Source: Octopus vulgaris (taxonomy: Eukaryota). Taken from it: a stretch of 64,000 nt of DNA. Positions 40,001 through 52,233 of this stretch are shown here, one piece after another. Made by a program: the position numbers and the translations under genes. The stretch is taken from the NCBI GenBank assembly GCA_951406725.2, contig OX597815.1:72912001-72976000 (forward strand), read 5' to 3'. The notes under the pieces were generated by a model. That model saw only the letters and a list, made by a program, of their open reading frames with translations. It was not told the DNA's origin and searched no databases. Position 1 is the first letter of the stretch; the number at the start of each line of letters is the position of its first letter.

Positions 40001-41579
40001 GCCCAATCATATGGTTTCTGCTGTAATTGCTCTTAGTCTTTTTAATTGTATTATTTTTCTATTTATTGGTTTCAAATTTTAGTACAAAGGCCAACAATTC
40101 CGGGAATGAGGATAAGTCAATTTCCTTGATCTCAGTACTCAAATGGTACTTATTTTATCAACACCGAAAGGATGAAAGGCAAAGTCGACCTCGGCAGAAC
40201 TTGAACTCAGAATCTACAGACGGACGAAATGGCACTAAGCATTTTCAAGGCGTGCTAACGATTCTGCCAGCTCATCGCCTTACTATTTATATATATATTA
40301 GTTTCAAATTTTGGAACAAGACCAGCGATTCCGGGGAAGAGGGTAAACCATTCACATCGACCCCAGTGCTCAAATGGTACTTGCTTTATTAAGACCGGAA
40401 GGATGAAAGGCAAAGTCGACCTCGGCGGAATTTGAAATCAGAACATAAAGACGGACGAAATACTGCTAAGCATTTTGGCCGGCGTGCTAACGATTCTGCC
40501 AGCTCACCACTTTAATAATTTTCTATATATTAACAGCTAAACTTGGAATATACTATTGTTTCTATCTCCCTATCACATCTTCAATAATCTATAATGCTCT
40601 GTTTAATCTTCTCTACTAAAGTTGTAGTTTGCAATGAAAGGCAGAGCGCCTTGACCACCAAACACAAGTGATGGTGATGTTAACATGTTGCTTCCTACAC
40701 GATAAGTTGGAAACGCATCACTGTCTCTTAAACATCTCCCTAAATCTCTCATCTACTGACTCCAAGTGCCAGACCCTGATATATTGCTTCAGCTGATGAG
40801 TTAAAGCACATGAGTGAGTGGTGTTGACACTGGCTGTGGAGAAGCTGCAGCAATGGCCAATGATCACTAACCAGGACAGAGGAGTCTCAAGAAGACCAAC
40901 GACAAGGTGTGCGTGACTGAAGATGACCCACTCTATATTTCATGGACATCAGCTTGTAGTCGACAAAGACAGCTCCATTTACAGTCTCCGTCCAATATGC
41001 AAGTGGATAGGCTTTGGGTTAGTATCCTGTCCTCTCAAACTACGAAAACAGTTTGTAGTGCAAAAGCATCACATCAACTGCGGCTGTTGAACGATCCTGC
41101 TGGAGTACTTTCACTCTTTTGTCTGTCGCTCAACATGTACACACCTAAGTCTAAGTCAGTCAAAAATACTACACACTTTCCAGACCGGGAATTGAACCTA
41201 CAATCTTATGATCGTGAGCACATTTGTCTAACCAGTAAGATACTCCCCTTCTCAGTAGAAATGAAAAAGAGAAGTTAACACGGAATTCGAAATAGTGGAG
41301 AGTGAAACGAATATTTATAATGACTTAATACATAACTAATACTTAATGCAGAGTGTCTTATATTAATACATAATTATATTCCTAACCACATGGTTCCGGG
41401 TTCAGTCCATGCATGACACCTTGGGTAAGTCACGGGCCAACCAAAGCCTTCTGAGTGGATTTGGTTGATGGAAACGTATGTATGTATATATGTATATATC
41501 AAAGTACAGGTGATGAGTTGAAACAATTGTAGGTCTGGTCTTGTCAAAGTATTAATGAACTTTTATTAATCTTATCTTC

Positions 41580-41674
<95 letters not shown>

Positions 41675-43809
41675 GTCTGTGTGCGTGTGTGTGTGTGTGT
41701 GTGCGCGCATATGTCTTCCTGTCTATGTTTGTCCCTCACCACTGCTTGACAATTGGTGTTGGTGTGTTTACGTCCCCGTCACTTAGCGGTTCGCCGAAAG
41801 AGACCGATAGAATAAGTACCAGGCTTAAATAAAATATGTCCTAGGGTCGATTTGTTTGACTAAAAGCTCTTCAAGGCAGCACCCCAGCATGGCTGCAGTC
41901 ATATGACTGAAACAAGTAAAAGATAAGAGACTAGTATCCAAGGAAACCAGCAATAAGTTTGATCGGGAAATATTGAAGGATCATACAGAACGGAAGTGAT
42001 TTGTCCCTTAAGATTAGAATAAAACTAAATTGAAAAGCATTAATCAAAGTAGAAAGGGTTAAAATAGCAGAGTACAACCAGCCGTTACTCACGAACGAGT
42101 ACAGCTTGGTAACTTGTACCAAGTTTTTGCTCACTATTTTAGGTCCCTATTTAGTTGTGAACAGCATTAGATATCTTCTCAGTCTTCCTACCCTTGACCT
42201 AGTGGTACATCCTGATGTGACAGCTGGAAAAGAGAGGGCTGCACCACTAGTACTCAGCTGTAAATTAGTAAAAGCTGAGTGGACTGGAGCAGCGAGATAT
42301 GAAGTGCCTTGCTCAAGTACACACCGCACCGCCCGGCCCGGGAACTGAATCCACACTCTTATGATTATTATCTAAAGACCCAAATCATTAGATTACGTGC
42401 TTTTAATAATGTTAAAGCAATAACAGAATATTTATTTGTAGTGTGAAACGGAACGCACAGATCACTGGAGAAAGAAATGGAAAATGCGTCTCATAAAGAA
42501 TCGGTGGAAACTAAGAAGAAATCAGGTACCAGTATCCTATGTCTGCTATTACAGTAAGGAATATAAATATATTCCAGATCGACAGAGAGAACATATATAC
42601 CTGCTCTGCACAACTTAAGTAGTGATTAAAAGATATAAATCAGCTGTTTATATTCTTCATCTCCTCCCTACCCTGCTGCATCTAGTTTAGTTCTTTATCT
42701 TTTTTTTATTCCTTTATTTTTGTTAGGATCTTTCTATATTTTTTCTTTCTCCGGGATTAATGTAATATACACAAGTTTTCGTTTCTCGAATTGCTGTTTA
42801 AGGATGCATATCGTTTTATATTATTTATCTTCCAAACCTTTGCAAATAATTTATTATTTATTCACATTTTGTGGGGATTAATTCTCGATACCTCGAATCA
42901 AAATGGTATTATCTTTCTAGGTATACATAAGTTAGAAAACACACGTTGCTAGAAGACTTATAGATGTTAAACCTGTGAGGTTTCTTCTTGCTCTAAATGT
43001 TTGATACTGTAAATAGATGTTTGAAACCGGAGGCCCCACATTTGTGTAAATGTTAAGAACGTTTACCTGCTATACAAAAGATGCGTAGTTCGATACCAGA
43101 TGCTAGGCATTTTGCAGTTGTGACAAAGTCCAAATATGTTATTTAGAGGACTCGTAACCTTGTAATGAACTAGAGCATCTAAGAGGCAATTATGCAGAGG
43201 CAACAGAGTTTTGACGTCGGAAGACTGAAATATACCTGCAGAGACGATACACAACGAGCAATGATCCTTACATGAACGGATTGAACCCACGACTTAGCGA
43301 TCGTGAGTACAATAGCCTAACCACTAGGCCACGCGCCTTTCAAATGACAACAACCTTGTTATATGTCTTGCCTTTCGTAGCCGACGCTCAAATTTACTTC
43401 CTTCCAATAAGTTAAATGCTGTCATTAAGACGCTATTGTATGCTACTTAGTGTAAGAATTCCAAAGATACTGAACGGCTCAGAATTTGCCAGATTATTTA
43501 CTGCACCAAAGATAGAGGCAAGAACAGACGAGGGAAGCCTTAAGGATGTTGCGACCACTGGCACCATGCAGATCTGCAAAACTCGAAACTATTTTGCAAC
43601 TTCACAAGATACTTCAATGTTCCCTGGGACGAAGTAATTCAGTTCAGATATGAGAAATATGTACATTAGCGCCCCCAGCACCAAGATACCATCGAATCTA
43701 ACCTCCAGCCACAGCTAATGAGCCAACACGCCTGTAGCTGTCTTCTCAGCGGCAGCTTTTAATTGTCATACCACATGCTTAGTTTCTATCTGCACTTACA
43801 CGCACACAC

Positions 43810-43874
<65 letters not shown>

Positions 43875-45929
43875 TACGCAGACACACAGGCGCACGCAGA
43901 GACACACGCGCACGCAAACACACACGCACATACACTCACACATATACATACACTCACACATATATATACACATAACACCTTAAATTATCTTACATAAGAA
44001 AATACAGATATATTAATGTGGAATGTACACGCTCATTTACGACATAAAATCAACAATGAAACGCAATTCATTTGGGACAACTATTCCTATCTGTCACAAG
44101 CATGTGAGAAAAAGACAAGCTCAGGTCGTATCAAATGACAAAAGTTAGTCTTTCAATCTTCTCTTATAACATAAACTATATTTTGAAATACCCGAGTACT
44201 TTCTCCTTCCATTTTGATTTCATGAACTTGAAAATTCTCTCTCCTTTCGTACGACTTAAAAAAAAATCCCATGCATTTATTCCATGTAGGCACGTGTCTT
44301 AGTAGTTAGCATGTCACAATCATGAGGTAGTAAGTTCGATTCCCGGGCCGGGCTGTGCGTTGTGTTCTTGAACAAGACACTTTATTTCACGTTGCTCCAG
44401 TTCACTCAGCAGTAGAAATGAGCTGTGACACCACTGGTACTAAGCTGTATCGACCTTTGCCTTTCCCTTGGATAATACCGGTGGCGTGGAGACGTGAGAT
44501 ATGCATGGGCGACTGCTGGTCTTCACAAATAACTTTGCCCGGGCTTGTGCTTCGGAGGGGAACTTTCTAGGTACAATCCTATGGTCATTAATGACTGAAG
44601 GGGGTTTACCCTATTCCGCTTTAACATAGGTGTTATTGACCTCCACGCCGCATGTCTTTGATAGAGTTAAAGTATAAAGTATTCCCCAGACCCAGTCAGG
44701 TGAGGAGTATGGCTGAGATATTAAACTAATTTCATAGTGTCGTAAATATAGCGAAGCGGCCGAATTGGGGTTGCTCCGAAGAAATCTCCAGAGTAATGTT
44801 ACTCGACAGGACAGGTAACTCGGAGATCAGGGAGTCATTCCAGTTAGAGCCGCTACTTCTCTGAAAAGCGGTCATAACTCTGGTCCCACGAGAATGTAAA
44901 TTAGAAAGCCGTAGGAAAGGATCGCAAGATGGATTCCTCAAATCAAGCCAATCGACAGGAGATCTAGGGGTAGACGAAAAACGAGATGGTTGGATATCAT
45001 CCATAGATTCAGTTGTCTACGTTCGGAATCCATTTGGAAAGTGAAATGGGTTTTTTTTTCTGGTAGCACCATATGGAAGATGTGTCTGAGGACTTTATCA
45101 CACGACCTTTACTGTTTGGTGGGTGGGTAAAATGGATAGATGGATGTGGCTAACTTACAATTTATCCAATTTGACGAATGTCGAGACTTATTACAATAGC
45201 AATAGATGATATAACTGACCTAATGTCTGCTAGAAGATCCTTTACTTTCAAGAGAAAAAATGCTGAATAGAAGAGGTTGAAGAGAAGTTCAATGTCATCA
45301 CGACTCAATATTGACGAAATCCAAAATTGTGATTTAATAAGTTTATGACTAGATAATGAACTAAAATACATAATGAGCAATAAAACATTAGAGGGACGAC
45401 AAACTTATGATGTGAAAAAATTTGAATGGTTGTACAGACAACAGACTCCATAAAACAATCATCATATTAACATTGGTAAATAGAAAATATGATATCAGGG
45501 AACTTCTCAAACCTAACGTCGAGCCCAAAGGGAAGCATTAAAACTGTCAGAATCCAGAGCTGCTCTTCGTAGCTAAAAGAATTTGAAGGATCTAGACACC
45601 ATTTTCTTTAATCACCAGTCCTAAATAAACTACACATCGTCTTCCAAACACATATGGGACATATAGAAAAAATGAAAGATATTACTTCATGGCAAATCAT
45701 TGCCGCAGCTATACACTTGGTGAATATAGTGAGGGGTGGGCGCTAATTCTGTTTATCCCCCCCCCCACCAAAACAGTAGGTCAAAGCTAATGCCAATTTG
45801 ACGTCACGGTAGAAATGTTTACAAATGAATGTGTACGGTACTTTACAACATTAAAGCTGTTCATTAATAAATTGCAACCAATGAACAAAAATTGTGACCT
45901 GATCAAAGAACAAGACAATAGACAATCAT

Positions 45930-47830
45930 CGAGTGTTTAATTTCAAAAAGGTAGAATATTTTTTCTTTGATACAACGGAAGGAACTGGAAAAACATCAAC
46001 TTGTAGTAAAAATTTTGTTAAAAGCAGCGAATTATACCTTCGGCTTCGTTTTCATGTGTTTGCTGCATATCTGCATAGAGGCGATGCATTCTATGCTCTA
46101 TTCATGATTTTCCTCAACATGGAGATAAACAAAAATTCTGCCTACAATTTCAGCGAGGGAACAGAAATAGTAGAGATCTAAGATGATGCAGAATGATTGT
46201 TGAGAATGAGCGTATAATGTCTCGCAAAGAATCATTGGAAGTTCTGGACAAGACACAATAAGTTTTCCATGGAAACAGAAAGATACTAAGAGGAGCTATT
46301 AATTTTGGCTGGCGATTTCATTGCTCTGATGAAATATCTGGTCTACTACCCTCCGTCAAGACCTTTAAACGTCTTCCCAGACACATCATTTCTCTGTTGA
46401 GCTTCCCGTTAATCTTAAATATATTTATTCTAATAGCTTCTTTCCTCGAACTGCTGCTCTCTGGAACTCACTATCATCATTTTGTTTTCCTTTGGCATTT
46501 GATATTCAATTCTTTAAGCTTTCTGTCAATCAACATTTTTTTAAATTTGAAGGTCTCTCCTTTTCTGTCGTTGTAGTTCCTTATACTACAGCGACCTCAA
46601 GCCTTGTATGGGACAGAATCGTATAAAAAAAAAGAAACAAACATTATCCGTTATTCAATAAAGCACAGGAACAGATGAAATTAAGGCTTGTTAAAACTCA
46701 TCGTGTCTTAAGAGAAATTCCACTTATTTATCAATATGAGAGTCCAATCTTTTGCATCAATTATCTGGGCAAAGAAGTTATCTGAACATCACGATGATAA
46801 AGTTAAAGTAGGTGTACAAGAAAGAATTGATATAGCGACAACGACATAGCTAGAGTGTGAGACGCCCGGGGCGGCCCTTGAATTTGCCCTTCCCCACAGC
46901 AATGCAACCTATATAGAGCTATATAGTAGGCTCTAAATTACCGCTCTATAAAAGCATTGGTAGGTGCGAACAGCCTCTCGCCCTTTCACCCCCAATCCTG
47001 GCTACGCTACGCATATAGACAGTATAATAGTATTATTTGTTGATGAAGTTAAAGAAATGGTCTTTTCGAACGTTTGAATGATAAGTAGTTGTATGAAAGA
47101 ATAATGATATTAGCGCCGAAGGACAGTGGTTTCGACGCCATTCACACAACTAGTTGCAGCTGTTATTTGGTACGGGTTACCTCCACAGTTAAAATGTGTT
47201 AATTAATAAAGCAGTGTTAATTGAATTAATTGACACGGTTTAATAGTAGAAGAGGTTTTTACCAGTTAGCTATTGTAAAATTGGCAATTAACACAGCTTA
47301 TTGCGCTAAGAAAGAAAAAATAATAAAACCTAAGAGGTACAGACTCATCAAACTTTATAGTGACAAATGTTTGTGCGACTATTTAAATCTTTGAAACTGT
47401 TAAACTGTCACAAGTTAAAAGACAGCTCTTATTCGTTTTTTAATGTGGATGTTTTTAAAAACTCTTTCTAAGCTTTTTTTTAATATATATTATTATGCTT
47501 TAAAAAATCTCTTCAGATTTTTATACTTTGAAAGTCAAAAGTCTACAAAATATCCTTTTAAGTAAAAGAAATTAATTTAAAAACTTTTATCTGAAACGAA
47601 TTATGATTAGGTGATTTACGGCTACAGCGCATTATCTTTATATACAAATATATTTTGCTTGTATTTGAAGTGAAAAAATATGTTTTTTTTTGTATTTAAA
47701 TACATTAGTTTGCTTTTTCTTACTGAAAGTTTAAAACGCAGTTGTTCAAATAATGGACTTATTCAGAATGACCATGGTTCTTTTTCAAGAATTTGTTCAC
47801 CACTCGAGCGTGAGTGACCTGTATCTTGCT

Positions 47831-47832
<2 letters not shown>
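45930..47832 (+). mobile_element. Decayed Helitron: PIF1-like helicase remnants and CTAG 3' end
   Basis: FFFDTTEGTGKT (Walker A, ~45960), CRMIVENERIMSRKESLEVLDKT, AGDF (~46310), NMRV (~46734). Terminal hairpin cactc-gagcgt-gagtg and CTAG|t at 47829-47832. Linking these pieces into one element is inferred. Confidence 0.6.
46320..46630 (+). mobile_element. LINE 3' end (CR1/L2-group) inserted in the helicase remnant
   Basis: YSNSFFPRTAALWNSL...FFKLSVNQHF, followed by a short UTR and an A-rich tail. Confidence 0.65.
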
Positions 47833-47882
<50 letters not shown>

Positions 47883-48039
47883 AGGAGGCGTGGCTGTATG
47901 GTAAGAAGTTTGTTACCGAACCAAAGGCTACGGCTTCAATCACACTGTGTCGCACCTTGGGCATATGTCTTCAATTAATCTCTTTGGCCGACCAAAGCCT
48001 TGTGAGAGGATTTGGTAGACGGAAACGGAAAGAAGCTTG

Positions 48040-48086
<47 letters not shown>

Positions 48087-48150
48087 GAAATGAAGAAAAT
48101 GCTGACAAAATAATTTAAGTAAGGGAGAGTGTATTTAATTAGGTGAAAGT

Positions 48151-48190
48151 TCTTTTTACCGGTTGCGCATTTGTTATGCTTATCAAAAGA
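48151..48190 (-). ncRNA. Variant hammerhead-like motif (U3-A8 core) in the element-2 terminal repeat
   Basis: Minus strand: tctt-TTGATAA-gcat aacaa atgc-GCAA-ccg-GTA-aaaaga. Palindromic stem III accggt; stem I is weak. Confidence 0.55.
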
Positions 48191-48284
48191 TATTTTTTTA
48201 AGAGAGATAGAGTTCCTTTCTGATAGATTTTTTTCTCTTATCTGACTTTATGTTGGGTTTGCTGTCTCTTATATGTGAAAAATG

Positions 48285-48620
48285 AGGCTCCAGAGTTGTT
48301 TAAGATTTGCTTGGTTTCGCGCCTAAAATTTCTTGTGGACAATGGTCAATACAATTTTGATTGGTCATTATAAAGGGTCACGTGAATGTTTGAATGGAAG
48401 TTGGTGTTGGGGTAAGAAAATAGGCTCCAGAGATGTTAAAATTTGGCTAGTGTCGCGCCTAAAATTTCTTATTGGTCATAATAAAGAGGTCACGTGGATG
48501 TGGTCATAATAGAGAGGTCACGTGAATGTTTAGAATGAATGTTGTTGTGGGTGGTGTATGGAGTTTTCGAAAATAGCGTTGTTGAAAATTCTTATTGTTC
48601 AGGCTGGTCAGTAGACGTCA
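48285..48620. promoter_or_regulatory. Putative internal promoter of the Penelope terminal repeat
   Basis: GTCACGTG E-boxes at 48377, 48489 and 48517; ATTGG (CCAAT) at 48360 and 48471; TTTCGCGC at 48315. Lies just 5' (minus strand) of the HHR-like motif. Confidence 0.4.
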
Positions 48621-48737
48621 TGTGGATATTTTAAATAGCTTTTTAGCGCGTAGTTAAGGAGTGTATTTTCCGCTTGACTGAATTTGAACTGGATAAGTAA
48701 GTTCGTTTAGGACAGGAAGAGCTATATGTATGTATGT

Positions 48738-48770
<33 letters not shown>

Positions 48771-49059
48771 TGCTTATATGTATGTTGGGGCGCGCGCGCA
48801 TGTATATATGTGTGCGTGTGTGGGTACAATTTTCAATATTTATAGTTCTGCTGGCCTTGTGCCTGTATCGGGAAGCAACGTGTTTGTGTGAAGTCAATAT
48901 TTACAGTCATTTCCAAAAAATAGTGTTGGATGTTTTGCACCCGTATCAAATTATGTGTATGTGTGGAACCATATATTTGCGTGTGTCATGGTGTTAATAT
49001 CTGGGTAAAAGTGTGTGTAGGGTGTGTGCAGGTGTAAGTGTGTTTGTTGTGGGTTCGTG

Positions 49060-52000
49060 TTAGGGGGATGTGTTTAGAAGTGGTCTGTATTTATTAATAA
49101 GGTGGGATTCCATGGTTATTCGCTGGGTATGAGTGGCATTGTCTTTAAATTTGTAGAGGGGAAAGATTCTAAAATTGGGATGAAGTTGTGCGGCACAGGT
49201 ATCAATATGTGCACTAAGTGCTATTTTTCTGTATTCCTGTATTTTTATTTGGGATCTGTGGACAGTCATGCGTTGGCGGAGGCTATTTTTAGTTTGGCCT
49301 ATGTAGTGTTCATTACAGCCCGAGCAAGTTAAGACATATACTAGGTTTTCTGATGCGCATGTGAAGTTGTGTTTTACTGTGAAACGTTGTCCCTGTTTAA
49401 AAAGGAATTCCGGACCTTCTATTAGGTTGATGCATATACCACAGTTGGGTCTATTGCATTTGTTTACTGTGGGTTTAGTTGTTGTGGTTGGCAGTACTTT
49501 GGCATTTGTTAGGATGGTTTTCAATGATTTGGGTTGCCTTTTGCTCTTTATGATTTCGTGTGTTAGGAGGATTTGGTTCATTCTATGGTCCTTTTTTAAT
49601 ACAGGAATGTTCTGGAGGATGGTGTCAAAAGCTTCATTGTTGAGGGGTTGTGTGTAGAGATGTATGGTAGAGTATGGGGTTTCGATGTAACAGGTTTAGG
49701 GCGTCTAAGTTCCTGTGTGCTGAGTTTTAGGGCGCGTTGGATCCCATTGTCAATTAGTGACGTGGGGTAATCCCTGCTTGTTAATGTGTCCTTAAGTTCT
49801 TGTAGATGTAAGAGACGGGTGTTTTTATTGGAGACTATAGTGCAAATTCTCTTGGCTAAGTTGTAGGGAATGTTAATTTTAACGTGTCTAGGGTGGCATG
49901 AATTGAAAGGGAGGTATTGCTTGGAGTCTGTGGGCTTGTAGTATATGTCTGTTTCTATTTTTTGTTGTGAATTTTAATGAGGATGTCGAGGAAGGGAATT
50001 TGTTGAGGGCTGTATTCCATTGTGAAAATAATGTTTGTGTTGAGCCCATTTATAAGGGTGTGAAATTCTTTAAGCTTCTCGACGGTTTCGGGCCAAAGGA
50101 TGAAGCAGTCATCAAGATATCTCTTCCAGTTCTTCTCTATGTGTGTGTGGAGAGTGGTGCCAAATTGGTTAAGAACGTTATTATAGAGGGTGATTTCCAG
50201 GTATCCCATGACTAGGTTGGCGTAAGTGGGAGCTGTTTTCGTTCCCATTGCCGTCCCTGATTTCTGTCTGTAGAATTTGTTGTTGAAGGTGAAGAAATTA
50301 TTCTCTAAGATGAATTTGAGTCCTTCTAAAATAAATTCCTTTTTGATGCGGTGTGGGAGTTCGTTGGAGTAATTATCCAGCCAGAATTGGATAGCTTCTA
50401 TTCCTAGGTTGTGGGGGATGTTGGAGTAAAGATTAACTACATCGAATGTTACTAGCAGGGTTTGTTCAGCAAGAAGTGTATTGGGGCGGTGGTTGAGCAT
50501 ATCTAGATCGTCCCTTATGTAGCTTTTAATGTGTTTGAGGAAGGGCTTGAGAAGGGTATCAATGAAGTTGCTAAGGCGGTGGGTTTCGCAAGAGGGACCT
50601 GATATTATAGGTCTCAATTTGAGGTCATTTGGTGAGGGGACATTGATTACAGAGTTTGTGGCTTCCTTGCATGCCTTACTTATTAATTCGCTTTTATGAA
50701 TTTTGGGAATACCGTAGAAGAGGCTGGTTTTACTAGTGAAATTTGTGATGAAGTTGAATTCTTTGTTAGTGAGTTCTTCTTTGTGGGGGGTTGATCAGGG
50801 TTTTTAAGTTTCTCATAATTTTCTGTTGATTGTAGTGTTCAGCCTTTTCGTAATATGTTCCATTTTCCAAGGTGGAGAGTGCTAAGTTGATATAGTATTC
50901 TGTCTCCATTAAGACTACTGCACTTCCTTTATCGGCCTCTTTAATGGTGATAGATCTTTCATTTTTTTATTTGTTTAATTCTTCCCACTCTTTCTTGTTG
51001 AGATTTGGTTTTGGTTTTGGTTTGTGTAAGTGTTGGTAGGGGAAGTTTGTAATGTGCTCACAGAATTCGTCTAGGATTTTATTTCTACCTATTGGTGGGG
51101 TGTACTTGCTTTTATTTCTAGCTAGTGACTCATCCTCATTGTGCTGGTCGAATAGTTCCTCACTAAGTCGTAATTTTCTACAAAATTCTGTAATGTCTTC
51201 CTTCATTTCGTAGTAGTTTGGACGTGGGGGGGGGGTGAATTTAAGACCTTTGGAGAGTAAGTTGAGAAGGTTGGGGTTGGGTTCTGTATTGGTGAAATTG
51301 ATGACTTTAATTAGTTTCTGTTTCTCTTCCCTGTCCTGTGTTATTTTGTTTGCCTGTATCTGTGTGCTGTGTCTAAAAAATGATTGGGGTAGAGGGGTTG
51401 TCTGTTGGTGTTAAGAGGTCCTGTGTGTTTGTTATATTCCTTGTTGTGAAATATGGTTCGGGTTCGTGGTTGTGGATAGAATGGGGCGTTCCTGTATTGC
51501 GGGTGTTGGTGTGTGTTTCTTTGTGTCGTGATGGATTGTGGTGATATGAGTGGCCTACGTGGGTGCTTGTATCGAGTGGTATGGGCTTGTTGTGTATTGT
51601 GAGAGTTGAGAAAGTGAAAATTACCTTGTTGTCCCCTCGTGGTGTGGATGTTGTTGTGTCTATCCTGGTAGTGGAATCCTCTTTTATTTGTTAATAAGGT
51701 ATTCGAATAGTTGTTGAGTTGTTGTGTATAGTGTCTCCTTGAAGGGGGAAATTCGTTAATGTAATTCTGGTGGTGAGGGTTTCCAGGGTTCTTGTTCCTC
51801 CTTATGGACGTGGGGTAAGAAGGTACATCTTCAATATGCTGTTTCCTTCTTTTGTTCGAGGTTGGAGGGTTGGTGGAGTAGTTGTGTATATCTCGGCCTT
51901 GTTGTTTCTAATCATTTTCCAGAAGGAGAACTTTCTGTCTCTGAGGGATTTGTTCCATTCTGGGATTATATGATTTTTCAGTTTGTATGAATCAATTTGA

Positions 52001-52233
52001 CATGGTTCTATTTGTTTTTTGGCTGGGTCGGTGGTGGTGAAAAAGGTGTGGATCGTATCACACAGAGTTTGTAGCTTATCGCCGATTTCGGAGGGTTTGT
52101 GTCCGGTAATGGTTTCCTCATTAGTGGAGTCCAATTTGTTGACTAGTACAGAGAGGTTGGTGTTGATGTTTTTGAGTTCTTGTAGGATTTCTTCGTTTAA
52201 GTTGATTAGGGTGGTTTCAGTTTTTGTAGGCAT
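49060..52233 (-). pseudogene. Penelope RT + GIY-YIG polyprotein pseudo-ORF (element 2, ~1050 codons)
   Basis: ATG (MPTKTET) at 52233. Pieces in ORFs 51802-52344, 50967-51206, 49955-50617 and 49060-49581. Several breaks coincide with homopolymer runs. Confidence 0.88.

Noticed and set aside
49060-52233. Selenocysteine read-through or programmed recoding in element 2
   Set aside because: The ORF breaks I traced are frameshifts, often at homopolymers, rather than in-frame UGA codons. No SECIS was recognised.
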